64,000 nt of DNA from an uncultured Clostridium sp. (GTDB taxonomy: Bacteria > Bacillota > Clostridia > TANB77 > CAG-508): positions 11,902-75,901 of the forward strand of contig CANOWW010000006.1 in the NCBI GenBank assembly GCA_947571115.1, given 5' to 3'. The position numbers were made by a program, and so were the translations under genes. How positions within the stretch are numbered: position 1 is the first letter of the stretch; every line of letters starts with the position of its first letter. The notes under the pieces are model-generated. The model ran no database searches. It saw only the letters and a list, made by a program, of their open reading frames with translations, and was not told the origin of the DNA. Below, in pieces: positions 9,409 to 21,300 of this stretch.

Positions 9409-11031
9409 CTATGCAATTTTTTGAGATATATTTCGCATTTCACGCGCATTTTTCAACGATGTCTCTGTTATTTCTCCATTGGAAATACGCGCTATTTCAC
9501 GAATTGTCTGCTCCTCTGTTAACTGATTTACATGTGTTTTAGTAAAGTTCCCTTCATTGCTTTTGTAAATATAATAATTGAAATCACCTTTTGCCGCAAT
9601 TGTCGCCAAATGCGTAATGCAAATTACTTGATGATTTTGGGCAATTCTTTTCATTTTTTCACCAGTCGAATTTGCCGCAATTCCACTAATTCCAGTATCA
9701 ATTTCATCAAATACTAAAATCGGCGTTTGGTCAATATCAGCCAAAACTGTCTTTATCGCTAACATCACTCTTGACATTTCCCCACCAGATGCAATTTTTA
9801 TCAAAGATTTCTTCTCATCGCCTTTATTGGTAGAAATCAAAAATTCCACTTTATCCAAGCCATTGTTATTGAATTTATTTTCCTCTATTAATTTGACAGC
9901 CACCTCAAATTCCGCATTTTGCATTTCTAACTCTTTTAACTCTCTCGTAATTTCCCTCGATAATTCTTGCGCATATTTTAGACGAACTTCATGTAACTTT
10001 TTCGCCAAAATCAATAATTGACTCTCCAATCCAATTGCTTTTTCTTTTAATTCCGCAACATAACTTTCCAAGTTCGTAATCTCAAAAATTTCCTTTTCCA
10101 CTTGTGTTTTATATTGCAAAATTTGCTGAATGGAATTCCCATATTTTCTTTTCAAACTTTGAATGAAATCAAGCCTTTGTTCCACTCTATTTTGTTCCTC
10201 TTCATCAAAAGAAACTTCCTCTACAGACAAGTCCCTTGCTACTTCCTGAATTTCATAATAACTACTTTTTAACCTTGTTACAATATCTGCATAAACGCTA
10301 TTATATTGCTCAATTTTCTCTAAAGCCCTAATCGCATTATTTAAACCATCAATCGAATGATTATCAATTTCATTTTGTGCTTCTTGCAAATTACTTGCAA
10401 TTTTTTCAGCAGCCAGCATCATTTTTCTCTTTTCTTCTAATTCCTCTTCCTCATTTTCCTTCAAATCCGCTTCTTCAATTTCATGCAGTTGATAATTGAG
10501 CAAATCCAACTTTCGTTGTTTTTCCATATCATCCCCATAATTCAAACTAAGTTCTTTTTGAGTCGCGACATATTCATGATATAATTTTTCATACTCTTTT
10601 TTGATATCTCTTATTTCTAAATCCGCATATCCATCTAATAAATCAATGTGTTGGTTCAAATCTAAAATCGACTGATTGTCATTTTGCCCATGAATGTCAA
10701 TTACTTTTTTCATAAATTCTTTTAATTCATTCACAGTGACTAATCTACCATTTAATTTGCATACATTTTTCCCACTGCTATTGATTTCTCTTGAAACAAT
10801 AACATGGTCCTCAAAATCAGGCAAGTCCAAAGATAATTCGACAAAAGAATTTTTGGCTCCTGTTCGCATCATTTCTTTTGAAAAACGACCACCTGATAAT
10901 ATTTTTAATGCTCCAATAATCAGCGTTTTTCCAGCTCCTGTCTCACCAGTCAAAACATTAAAACCTTCTCCTAAATGAATATTTAAATCATCAATTATCC
11001 CTATATTTTTTATATGCAATAAAGTTATCAT
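9409..11031 (-). CDS. recN: DNA repair protein RecN
   Basis: N-terminal Walker A GETGAGKT. There is a long coiled-coil middle region. The C-terminal SMC signature and Walker B are present (LVFDEIDTGISG). Length is 540 aa. Confidence 0.85.
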   Translation of the reverse strand: MITLLHIKNIGIIDDLNIHLGEGFNVLTGETGAGKTLIIGALKILSGGRFSKEMMRTGAKNSFVELSLDLPDFEDHVIVSREINSSGKNVCKLNGRLVTVNELKEFMKKVIDIHGQNDNQSILDLNQHIDLLDGYADLEIRDIKKEYEKLYHEYVATQKELSLNYGDDMEKQRKLDLLNYQLHEIEEADLKENEEEELEEKRKMMLAAEKIASNLQEAQNEIDNHSIDGLNNAIRALEKIEQYNSVYADIVTRLKSSYYEIQEVARDLSVEEVSFDEEEQNRVEQRLDFIQSLKRKYGNSIQQILQYKTQVEKEIFEITNLESYVAELKEKAIGLESQLLILAKKLHEVRLKYAQELSREITRELKELEMQNAEFEVAVKLIEENKFNNNGLDKVEFLISTNKGDEKKSLIKIASGGEMSRVMLAIKTVLADIDQTPILVFDEIDTGISGIAANSTGEKMKRIAQNHQVICITHLATIAAKGDFNYYIYKSNEGNFTKTHVNQLTEEQTIREIARISNGEITETSLKNAREMRNISQKIA

Positions 11032-11124
11032 ACGCGCCTCCTATCCAAAAATATGTTCGATAATTGTATTATATCAGAATTTTCTTTTTTGTCAATACAT
11101 TTGTTCGTATTTTTATGAAATTTT

Positions 11125-12057
11125 TTAAAAAATCTCATAAAAATTTTTAAACGTATATCCTTGTTCTCTCAAATAGGCAATTACACTTGGAAGCGCTTCT
11201 GCTGTGTATGACTTATCACTCGCATCATGCATCAGCACAATAATGGCTCCATCTCCTTCCATGGTTTGAATTAAGCACTCCATTTGCGAATCCGTAGTTG
11301 TTCGCCCTTCTGCGTCTCCTGTCAAACAATTCCAATTGGTATAATTAATTCCATAATCACGCAGCAAACCTTTTGCCTCGCCTTTCACTCCATCGTACCT
11401 ACCGCCACTCGAACCACCCGGAAAACGAAACAAATGCGTATTATAATTTGGATTTTCCAAAGCCACACGAATCGCTTCTTCTGTTTTGGCATATTCCTCA
11501 AAAACCGTATCTTTAGAAGTATAAATTTGAGAATAATTATGAGAATAACCGTGATTGGCAATATAATGCCCTTCGTCATATTCTCTTTTTAGCAAATCTG
11601 GATTTAGGTCAACACGACTACCCAACACAAAAAAAGTGGCTGGCACATTTTCTTGTTTCAAAATATCCAATACTCGTGGTGTTATATTTTTAGAAGGTCC
11701 GTCGTCAAACGTCAAATACGCCACTTTTTCATCTGAATAATAAATATTTGTAATTTCTTCCTGCGCATTTGGATTTTCCTTCGGCACAAACTTTGATTTA
11801 ATTTGTTCCATATCATGCTGCGCAATTTGAATATGTTTGATTTCTTGAGGTTTTGTGGCAGCTACTGAACTCCCTTGCTTCGGATGATTATCATTCTTTT
11901 TTTTCATTTTTACTGAAACAACAATACTAATAATAATCACAACCACGCAACACAAAATAATCATTCCACAAATGATTGCTTTTTTTCGCAAATGAGCTCT
12001 TTTATTTAATTCATCTATGACTTCCATGTTTTCATTTTCGTTTTCATCATACAACAT
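11125..12057 (-). CDS. Polysaccharide deacetylase family protein (NodB domain) with an N-terminal membrane anchor
   Basis: NodB motifs YLTFDDGP and HGYSH. A single N-terminal transmembrane helix. Confidence 0.75.
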   Translation of the reverse strand: MLYDENENENMEVIDELNKRAHLRKKAIICGMIILCCVVVIIISIVVSVKMKKKNDNHPKQGSSVAATKPQEIKHIQIAQHDMEQIKSKFVPKENPNAQEEITNIYYSDEKVAYLTFDDGPSKNITPRVLDILKQENVPATFFVLGSRVDLNPDLLKREYDEGHYIANHGYSHNYSQIYTSKDTVFEEYAKTEEAIRVALENPNYNTHLFRFPGGSSGGRYDGVKGEAKGLLRDYGINYTNWNCLTGDAEGRTTTDSQMECLIQTMEGDGAIIVLMHDASDKSYTAEALPSVIAYLREQGYTFKNFYEIF

Positions 12058-12190
12058 TTTACTTCCCTCTATTCTACTAAAAACTCTATTTTAATATATC
12101 ATAAAAAGAAATGATTTTCAACCATTATTCTTTCGTTCTTTTTTCATATTTCCGAAAAAGCAACATATTCTTAAAAAAAGGAGGTCAGAA

Positions 12191-12976
12191 ATGAAAGATC
12201 GAATTATCAGATATGGTTTCATTTGCTTGATACTAATTGTCAGCATTATTCAGTTTTCCATTGCATCACAAGCCAATCAAGAACTGAGCAATCAAACTTT
12301 AGCTTGGGGATTTAGGCGCGGCGAAAATCATGCACAAGCCACTTTGGATATAGAAAGTCTAAAAGTGTTAGAAAAATTCGACGGAATTGCTATGGGAAAT
12401 CCTGATAAAAATTACATTTATCTTACTTTTGACGCTGGCTATGAAGCTGGTTATACAGAAGAAATTCTGAAAATTCTAAAAGAAAATAACATTACTGCAA
12501 CTTTTTTCATCACCGCACATTACGTCAACACTGCAACTGATTTGGTAAAGCAAATGATCCAAAATGGAAATACCGTTGGAAATCACACTGTAAATCATGC
12601 TTGTTTGCCCAATTTAAAAGATGACGAAATCAAAGAAGAAATTATGAAATTACACAACAGCATTTATGAAATTACAGGCTATGAAATGACATACTTTAGA
12701 CCACCCAAAGGTGAATTTAGTGAACGCACTGCCAGCCTTGTTCAGTCACTTGGCTATACCAGTGTTCTATGGTCAAATGCTTATGACGATTGGGATAACT
12801 CAAAGCAAGGTAGAAGTGACTATGGAAAAAAGAAAGTTTTAGATAATTTGCACAATGGTGCTGTCATCCTTTTGCATAGCACATCCAAAGACAATGTCGC
12901 TATGCTTGATAGCATGATAAAAGAAGCCAAAACTATGGGCTATGAATTTAAAAGTCTAGATGACTTTGAAAAATAA
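12191..12976 (+). CDS. pdaA: Polysaccharide deacetylase, PdaA-like (spore cortex delta-lactam de-N-acetylase family)
   Basis: NodB motifs YLTFDAGYEAG and HTVNH. Signal peptide present. Length 261 aa, similar to B. subtilis PdaA. The gene symbol is tentative. Confidence 0.6.
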   Translation: MKDRIIRYGFICLILIVSIIQFSIASQANQELSNQTLAWGFRRGENHAQATLDIESLKVLEKFDGIAMGNPDKNYIYLTFDAGYEAGYTEEILKILKENNITATFFITAHYVNTATDLVKQMIQNGNTVGNHTVNHACLPNLKDDEIKEEIMKLHNSIYEITGYEMTYFRPPKGEFSERTASLVQSLGYTSVLWSNAYDDWDNSKQGRSDYGKKKVLDNLHNGAVILLHSTSKDNVAMLDSMIKEAKTMGYEFKSLDDFEK

Positions 12977-13005
12977 TTCTTCCAATTAAGGTGGCATAAG
13001 CTGCC

Positions 13006-13167
13006 TTATTTCTTATTTATTTTTTCCATGGCAGCTTTTTCATTATAATATTTCGCAATTAATTCATCTAATTCTACACTGATTTTATAAACAATACTAT
13101 AATCTTCCCCAGCTTCAATACTTTTGTTTAGTTTCTCTCTTAATTTACAAATTTCATCATTTATCAT
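13006..13167 (-). CDS. Spo0E-family aspartyl-phosphate phosphatase-like small protein (53 aa; below the 60-aa cutoff so absent from the supplied ORF track)
   Basis: The reverse complement translates to MINDEICKLREKLNKSIEAGEDYSIVYKISVELDELIAKYYNEKAAMEKINKK. The Spo0E signature S.ELD.LI..Y is present. A ribosome-binding site AGGGGGA sits 8 nt upstream of the ATG. Confidence 0.55.
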   Translation of the reverse strand: MINDEICKLREKLNKSIEAGEDYSIVYKISVELDELIAKYYNEKAAMEKINKK

Positions 13168-13305
13168 AAAATTGTCCCCCTATGACATTTTTTTGACATT
13201 TTTTGTCCCCTTTGTTTCTTCTCTTCCAAAATACCACATTTATTTGTCAATGTCAATAAAAAATCAACATTTAAAATAGTTTTTGATAGACATTTTTCTC
13301 CTTTT

Positions 13306-14100
13306 TCATGCACCTATTTTCTCATTTCTATATTTTCCGTATTTTTTCAACAGGATTCTACCAAAAACTACAAAAATTGCAATCGACAAAATTTGGGAAA
13401 TTTTGAAATTACCTAACATTAAACTATCGACTCTCAATTGTTCTATGAACATACGAATGCCAGCATACAAAAACAAATACAAATATGTAATTTGCCCTTG
13501 AAATTTTCTCTTTTTTTGCATTTTTCTTAAAATTAAGAAAATAAAAAATGTCAAAACAGATTCATACAAAAAAGTAGGATGCACTTCCAAATACCCCCCG
13601 GGGGTATCTATTCCCATTCTCAAAAAATGGTCGGTAGGCGTCCCATATGCCTCTTGATTACAAAAGTTTCCCCATCTACCAATCGCTTGCCCAAGCGCAA
13701 CAAATGGCGCAATGCGATCCAAAAAATCAAGCACCGAATACTGCCTTTTTCGGCACTGATAAAAAACGACAAAGACCCCCATAAAAATTCCACCATAAAT
13801 CGCCAATCCACCATTTCTGATTTGAAAAATAGCCCCCGGATTTGACCAATAATAGTTCAAATGAAATAAAACATAATAAAGTCTGGCGCCAACTATGCCA
13901 AAAACAATAGCATATAATAACGTGTCAAATAAAAAATGGTCATCTATTTCAAATTTAGGTGGCAAGCAATAACAAAGCATAAAAGAAACTAAAATGGCTA
14001 ATATGATACAAATCGCATACCAATAAATCGGGATGCCAAATATCGTAAATGCCACTGGATTCACAAAAAATTGCAACTGCAAGCCGAGAAATTGTATCAT
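13306..14100 (-). CDS. lgt: Prolipoprotein diacylglyceryl transferase
   Basis: 264 aa, polytopic. The conserved Lgt G-rich signature region (GGLAIYGGIFMG) and Y/H motifs are present. Confidence 0.8.
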   Translation of the reverse strand: MIQFLGLQLQFFVNPVAFTIFGIPIYWYAICIILAILVSFMLCYCLPPKFEIDDHFLFDTLLYAIVFGIVGARLYYVLFHLNYYWSNPGAIFQIRNGGLAIYGGIFMGVFVVFYQCRKRQYSVLDFLDRIAPFVALGQAIGRWGNFCNQEAYGTPTDHFLRMGIDTPGGYLEVHPTFLYESVLTFFIFLILRKMQKKRKFQGQITYLYLFLYAGIRMFIEQLRVDSLMLGNFKISQILSIAIFVVFGRILLKKYGKYRNEKIGA

Positions 14101-14138
14101 GGTTCCTCCTTATTTTAAGGGCAGGTCTAACCTGTACC

Positions 14139-15404
14139 CTACTTTGATTTTATGATAGAAATCACTTGCTTTTGTTTTTCCATTACTTCTGTTAAAACTT
14201 GCAACGTGTATTCTTTTGTGATACCACCAAATTCTTCAAAATAATCCAATGGATGGATGCCTCTAAAATAATTTTGCAAAAAGCTAGTCGCAATACTTTC
14301 CACATCATTATAACTTTTCACATATTCCCCATACAGCTTTTTCTTCATTCTCTCAAACTCTGCTTCCTCAATTCCCTTTTGTTTTAAATCCTCAATTGCC
14401 TCTTCTATTTTGCTAATCACTTCATCGTATTTTTCACTTTGCCCTTGAATAAGCAAATGAGAATACGTATCCGTATTTTCATAAATCATACTTGGCTGTG
14501 ATTGCAACAAACCTTGTTCATACAAATCTTGATACAATTTTGAACTATCACCAATTAATATATTAAAACCGATTTCCAAAGCCAACTCTTTTTTAATTTG
14601 ATTTTCTGCCTTTACCGTATCCTTATAACCAATGATAAAAAGCGGTCTCGTAATATTCATTTCGTCTTCTATTTTTGGTTTTACAATTTCTTCTGGCTCT
14701 TCTGGATACAACCTTTTTACCTTTTGGTCCAAATTTTCAAGTGTCATTCTAGCTTCGATTTCTTGCATGATCTGCTCTGGCTCAAAATCTCCACAAACCA
14801 CAATTGCCATATTTTCTGGGCGATAAAAACAATGATACGCATCGTATAATTTCTCTTTTGTGATTTCTGCAATGGTCTCTTTTGTTCCTGCCACATCAAT
14901 GTTAATCGGATTTTGATGATACATCGCACGCATCGCATTCATATAAATTTTCCAATCTGGATAGTCATCATACATCATAATTTCCTGCTCAATAATGCCA
15001 CGTTCTTTTTCCACATTTTCATCTGTAAAATACGGATTTTGAATGTAATTCATAAACTCATCCAAAGCCTCAAAAAATTTATCATTAGAGGCTTCAAAAA
15101 GATACGCCGTGTGGTTATTGGTCGTGTACGCATTGGCATTGACACCCAAACTTGTCAAAACATCCAAACTATTCGTTCCGTTTTCTTGCTCAAATAATTT
15201 ATGCTCCATATAATGAGCCATGCCATCTGGAATTGTAATTTCCTTCTCGCCTAGCTGAAAATGATTGTCAATGGAACCATATTTCGTTCCCCAAATAATA
15301 TATTTCTTTTCTGTTTTTTTCGGAATGAGCATAATGCTCAAACCATTGGGCATTTTTTTCGTATATACTTTTTCTTGGATTTTATTATTTTCTATAATTT
15401 TCAT
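14139..15404 (-). CDS. M16 family zinc peptidase (active subunit, HxxEH motif)
   Basis: The inverted zincin motif GMAHYMEHKLFEQENG is present. 421 aa. It is translationally coupled to the upstream M16 gene through an ATGA overlap. Confidence 0.8.
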   Translation of the reverse strand: MKIIENNKIQEKVYTKKMPNGLSIMLIPKKTEKKYIIWGTKYGSIDNHFQLGEKEITIPDGMAHYMEHKLFEQENGTNSLDVLTSLGVNANAYTTNNHTAYLFEASNDKFFEALDEFMNYIQNPYFTDENVEKERGIIEQEIMMYDDYPDWKIYMNAMRAMYHQNPINIDVAGTKETIAEITKEKLYDAYHCFYRPENMAIVVCGDFEPEQIMQEIEARMTLENLDQKVKRLYPEEPEEIVKPKIEDEMNITRPLFIIGYKDTVKAENQIKKELALEIGFNILIGDSSKLYQDLYEQGLLQSQPSMIYENTDTYSHLLIQGQSEKYDEVISKIEEAIEDLKQKGIEEAEFERMKKKLYGEYVKSYNDVESIATSFLQNYFRGIHPLDYFEEFGGITKEYTLQVLTEVMEKQKQVISIIKSK

Positions 15405-16739
15405 TGCCCTGCCTCCTTATCTTCGTTTTTTAAAAAATAAATGGTATTCATTTCTACGCCATTTGCAATTTCTACAATATCTTGTTTCGTAACTTCTTCA
15501 ACATTTTTCAAATACTCCTCAAGGCTTGTACTTGTTTTTGAAATTTCTTGCCCAATGTAATAAACAATTCCCGTGTCTTGCTCTGTCTCAATCGCCTTAA
15601 TTCCGCGCTTTCACATATTCTTTGGCAGCCTGCAAATCCTCATCCGAAAATTCGCCCTTTTTCATAATTTCCAACTGTTCTTTAATCAAACCAACTGCCT
15701 TTTCAAATTTTGGAATTTCAATTCCTGCACGAATAAAAATATTGGCTTTTTGTTTCACATACAAACTTTTAATCGAATATGCCAAACTTGCCTTTTCGCG
15801 CACATTTTGGAACAACAAAGAATTGGCACTGCTCCCCAAAATAATATTATACAGCATCGCCTTAAACTGAACCTTATCACATTTTGAGGTAACATCCATT
15901 CCAATAACCAATTTTCCTTGCACTACATCGGTTTCCTCTTGCACTTCTTTTACTTGCTCTATTTTTTCTTTTTCTTCTGTTAATTCATTATTTAAAATAT
16001 AATTCTCCACACGTGGCTTTAATGCTTTGATATGCTCGTTTTCGCAAACTATTTTCTCCACATTTTTTTCATCAAAATCTCCTGAAACAAACAAATCAAT
16101 TTTTGAATTCTGAATTAAATGCTGATAATGCTCTGTTAAATTTTCAGCACTAATCGTCTTTAAGTCCTCCAAATAACCATATTTATACAAACCAAAACCT
16201 TGGTCGCCATACATATTAGAAATGCAGGCTTCATACGCATACAAATCTTTATCATCAATTTTGCTTTTAATCATTTTTGCCAAATTTTCTTTTTCGACAT
16301 CCAAATATTCCTGCTTAAATTTGCCATTTTCCATAAGTGGATTACACACAATATCCAGCAAAATCTCCAATGCATTTTTCAAAATTTCTTCGCCCTCTTC
16401 TAGGGAAAATTGATCATTAATCGAATCAATATAAAAACGCAAAAGTTGGTTATCGCCATATTTATCAATTCCGCATTCAAATGCTGCGCCATACAAATTT
16501 TCTAATTTCTTGCTAATTTCAATTTGCGATTTTAAGTTGTTAGTGCCACGTCTTAGCATACTCACAATAAGCGCATTTTTCGTTACATTTTCGCGCGTTA
16601 GCGGAACCGTAATAATCGCAGACAACATATCTGTCTTAAATAAATCAGTTTTTATCAAATGCAATTTCATGCCTTGTTTTATTTCAATCTCTTTTTTATC
16701 CATAAAATTCTCTCCTTCGTCACTTTTATTATTTTTCAT
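15401..16739 (-). CDS. M16 family peptidase (partner subunit), frameshifted near 15605
   Basis: The listed ORF 15597..16739 ends ...KEYVKAR-N-stop. The true C-terminus (GIKAIETEQDTGIVYYIGQEISK...NEDKEAGQ) continues in the +1 frame down to a TGA that overlaps the next ATG. Removing one G from plus-strand AATTCC-G-CGC restores a single frame. Confidence 0.7.
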
Positions 16740-16764
16740 TTCTCAAATATTATACTTTATTATT

Positions 16765-17046
16765 TTACACATTTTTCTCGACAATTTCAACAATTTCTGC
16801 AATAAATTCTCCAATCACAGGAAGATTTAACGTCACAATTTTTTGCAAAATCATCACTAAAACAGCTGTAATCAGCGTTACTCCAATTCCAATCCCAACA
16901 CCTCGGCTCAGTCCTGCCCAGAAATTTCTTTTTGCAATTTCTTTTCGGCTCCCTAAAATATAAATCAATTCTTCAATGTTTTTTTCTTCTAGAAAATGAT
17001 TTAATCTGTCTAGATTTTTATTCAATCTTCCAAACATAAACACCAT
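16765..17046 (-). CDS. Small membrane protein (93 aa), hypothetical
   Basis: An intact ORF with one or two predicted transmembrane helices. Confidence 0.4.
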   Translation of the reverse strand: MVFMFGRLNKNLDRLNHFLEEKNIEELIYILGSRKEIAKRNFWAGLSRGVGIGIGVTLITAVLVMILQKIVTLNLPVIGEFIAEIVEIVEKNV

Positions 17047-17076
17047 CCCTTTATTTTTAGGATGGTATTTTTTATT

Positions 17077-18222
17077 TTATTTATACAAAATCATTCGGAA
17101 ACCCCAATACGCTTCTGACGTATTCTCCTTATAACCCGCATGACTACTTGCTGGGCGATCCAAATTCGCACTTCCTCCTCGAATGACTCGATACGTAACC
17201 GTCTCTGAAACCGGTACTTCATTGACCGCATTTTTGTTTTTATTTTTGGAAGTATTGGTTACCGGTGTCGTTTCCTTAAAAATTTCTGTAGTCCATTCTC
17301 TCACATTACCCGCCAAATCGCAAATATTATTTTTGATGTCATCTTCTGTTTCTCCTGTATTTCTCAACTCCCCTGAATAATTTCCTTGACTAATATCGGT
17401 TGAATAATTTTCTTCTGTTTCATCAATCCAAGCCAAAACTGTGTCCCACGCAGCGCTGTTCATAAGCGCTGTTTGGCATTCTTGATAATCAAAAGCAGAC
17501 CCCATATCACTCGCCATTTGCGCTGCATCTGAATACGAAATATTCGTCCATGGCATTTTTCCTTTCATACTAGCTGCCATTCTTGCTCCATTTCGGTCAA
17601 AACTCGAAGCCTCATATCGCGCCATATAAAACCCATAATTTTGTGCGACACTATTTCCCAAAGTAGAAATATTATCTTCATATTTCGTATTAGATAACGT
17701 ATTTCTCGTCAATTTTCCACTTGGCACTGGCACCCATACAAATTGATTTCCAAACTTGTCTTCAATGACATAACCAGTTTCCGCTTCCCCTTCGATATGT
17801 GAAAAACCTTCTGGAATATATGGCTCCGAACTAGACGCTTCTCGAATATTTTTCACTTCAATAGCAAGTGAAGTCGAAACTCCATTATTGCCCTTTGCTT
17901 CAAACGTATATTTTCCATTTTTTGTTACCTCATATTCTGCATAATCCCCACGCTTTTGCGAACCGTCTGGCAATACAATCGATTGAATTCCCTCTACATC
18001 TTCTGTGGTTGCATTTGCTGTAATCGTCACTTTACTTTGCCCCTCTTTTTCGGAACTCAGTTCCAATTGCAATTGTGGTTCAATATCTGTGGAAGCCACC
18101 ACATTATCATTATTGTTTGCTTTTCTACTTCCCTTCACAGCTAGCACAACACCAACACTAGCCACAAATACAACCATCACAATCAGCACAATAATTATCA
18201 CTGGCGAAACTTTATAATACAT
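17077..18222 (-). CDS. Formylglycine-generating enzyme (SUMF1/FGE) domain protein with an N-terminal membrane anchor and an Ig-like linker
   Basis: The C-terminal FGE-sulfatase signature is present (RVIRGGSANLDRPASSHAGYKENTSEAYWGFRMIL). An N-terminal transmembrane helix is present. Confidence 0.6.
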   Translation of the reverse strand: MYYKVSPVIIIVLIVMVVFVASVGVVLAVKGSRKANNNDNVVASTDIEPQLQLELSSEKEGQSKVTITANATTEDVEGIQSIVLPDGSQKRGDYAEYEVTKNGKYTFEAKGNNGVSTSLAIEVKNIREASSSEPYIPEGFSHIEGEAETGYVIEDKFGNQFVWVPVPSGKLTRNTLSNTKYEDNISTLGNSVAQNYGFYMARYEASSFDRNGARMAASMKGKMPWTNISYSDAAQMASDMGSAFDYQECQTALMNSAAWDTVLAWIDETEENYSTDISQGNYSGELRNTGETEDDIKNNICDLAGNVREWTTEIFKETTPVTNTSKNKNKNAVNEVPVSETVTYRVIRGGSANLDRPASSHAGYKENTSEAYWGFRMILYK

Positions 18223-18307
18223 ACTTTTCGTCTCCTTTTTTCTTTTTTGTTATTATATACATAAATACAAATTTTTTCAAATGTTTTTGTACAATTTTAT
18301 AAAATTT

Positions 18308-21300
18308 CTATAACGCAATCAATTTATCCAAAGTTGTCGAATAGATATAAACCTCATCAACGCTTCTTCCTAAGGCACTTTCCAAAGCCTCTTGATAGAT
18401 TTTTAATTGCACCCAATACCTTGTTTTTAATTCATTTTCCTCTTGCACAAAATCCGTTTTATAATCCAGCAAAACCAATCGATTATTCTCATCCACAAAA
18501 TACACATCAATCATTCCCTGCACGCTAATTTCCGCCTCCGGAAACTCCTCAGAAGCTCGATTCAAGCAAAACGTCTTTTCTTTGTAAATTTCTTTGGCAT
18601 GCTTCATTCTTTGGCAAATATCGGATTGCAAAAATTTCATAATGATTTGCAAATCAATCTTTTGGGCCTCCAACTCTGTCAAAATATGCTTTTGCACTAA
18701 CCTTTGAAGCAAATCCTGCAAATCCTGCTTTTGATAATTCTTCGTAAAATCCAACTTTTGCAAAATCAAATGAACCAAACTTCCCTTTCTTGCAAACGTA
18801 ATTTTTTCCTCTTTTTCAAGCACTTTCAGATGCAATTCTTCCAAACCAATTTCACTTTGAAATTCTTTATTTTGTCCTTCTTTCATTTGAGAAACGGTCA
18901 TTTTCTGCGGCAAATTCACTTTTTGCCAATCGGCATACTGCCAATGAAGCAACTTATCCACAGCTTCCAAATCCACTTCTTGGCTAAAATCAAACTCTCG
19001 TATTTCCTCTTCTTCCTGTTCTTTTCTTTCCAAATCTTCTTTACTATGCACCTGAAGCACCAAATTTTCCTGCAATTTTCCCGTCAAATACACCAAATAA
19101 ATCCAGTCCAAATAGGACACATATTTCTTTAGCAAAATCGGGTTCAACTTGTCCTCCAAAGCACCATACATATTCAATATTTCTATCTTATTATTTTCCT
19201 CTTTCTGAATATTATGACAAGTTCCAACAAGAATTAATTTTTCTTTCGCACGCGTCAGTGCTACATACAAAATTCTCATTTCCTCTGAAATGGCCTCTGT
19301 TTTTGCCATCATCTTAAGGGCTTGTTTCGCCGCTGTTGGGTACTCAATTTTCCTTTCATAATCCACATACTGTGGACCAAACCCTAAATCTTTATCTAGC
19401 AAAATATCCGAATTCAAATCTTGCAAATTTATTTTCTTACTCGCACAGCACAAAAACACCACTGGAAATTCCAAACCTTTGCTTTTGTGAATACTCATAA
19501 TTCTAACCACATTCTCATTTTCCCCAATCACTTTCGCAGCCGCCATATCCGAACTTCCATTTTTCAACTTTTCAGTAAATCGAATAAAATTGAAAAGTCC
19601 GCTAAAGCTCGTTTTCTCATATTCCTTGGCTCTTTCAAACAACATCCTCAAATTCGCTTGTCTCAATGCGCCATTGGGAAGCCAGCCCACATAATCCAAA
19701 AATCCAGTATCGATATATATTTTCCAAATTAATTCTGCTAAACTCAAAACTTCGCTCTCCTGCCTCCACTTTTCGAGCTTTTCCACAAATGACTGCACTT
19801 TCTCGTTTTGCTTAAAATTTAGCAAATTTTCATACACCTTTATGTCACGATTTTCCAAACGAATTTCCACAATTTCATTATCCGTAAAACCGCCAATTGG
19901 CGACCTCATCACAGCCACCATTTTGATGTCATCTAATGGATTGTCCAGAATTTTAAGCAAATTCAGCATCGTCTGAACCTCCATCGTATCCAAATATTCA
20001 TTGCTACTATCCGAAAAAACAGGAACATTGTTTTTCACTAATTCTCGCTCAAAAATCGGAGCTGCCATTTTCGTAGAACGCAGCAAAATCACAATATCTC
20101 GATATTCGATTTTGCGATAACTGCCATCTTTACACTTTACCAATGCCCCACTTTTGACCAATTCCTGAATGCGCTGCACGGTAAAAATCGCTTCCAATTC
20201 CACTTTGCTCAAATTTTTTGTGCTTTCTTCTGTCTCTAATTCTTGATTTTCCTCGTCTTCTTCCGTTTCTTCTGGTTCCTCTTTTTTCAAATCAATCAAA
20301 TGCATTTCACTCTTTCCAAGCCCATTTTCAACCTCTGGATAATCTGCCCCCAAATTCAAAAATTCCTCTTTCGTATAATTAATATCGCCCAACTCTTCGC
20401 TCATAATATTTTCAAAAATCGTATTGGTAATATTCAAAATATTTTGATTGCTTCTGAAATTCTTAAACAACTGAATTTTCTGTCCCTCTTCATTGCCCTC
20501 CAAACTATACGCCTGATATTTCTTCAAAAACAATTCTGGGCACGCCTGCCTAAACTTATAAATACTCTGTTTTACGTCACCCACCATAAAAATATTATTC
20601 CCGCGGGACACACTTCTCAAAATAAATTCCTGCACTTCGTTACTATCCTGATACTCATCAATCGCAATCTCCTCAAACTTTTGCTGGTATTTTTTCGCCA
20701 CTTCTGTTGGCACAATTTCGCCATTTTCATTTTCCTGCACCAAAATTTGCAAAGCATAATGCTCAATATCGTTAAAATCAATCATGTTTTTGCTTCTCTT
20801 TTTCGCTTTAAAATTTTCCTCAAAACGAAGAACCAAATTTTGCAAAGTGCACAAATTATCATACATCAAATAAATATTTTGAAAAGCTTCCTTGGAATCA
20901 CAAATTAGCGTTCTTTCGGTCAATTTTTTGAGCGAATCCTTCAAACGATTTCTCGTATCTTTTGCCTCATCTTTTAATTCCAAAGTCACTTTTTTATCTT
21001 GCGCCCACCTTGCAAAGCTCATATTTTGTGCATAAACAAAAGCACCATCCCAAGTTTCACAGCTCTGATAAAGCCCCTCCACCAGTTGAATATCGCCTTC
21101 AATAATGTCAGCATACTTTTTTAAATCATCATATTGATCCAATTTATTTTTCAAAATTTTAAAATGATTGATACAATCAATGATTTCTTCTTTTAAATTT
21201 TGAAGCAAAATTGCCCCCCAATCACTCCCAGAAAAATCGAAGCCTTGGTCATTTTTTTGATTAAATTTCTCCACCATTTCCGACAGCCACTTTTTTGGAA

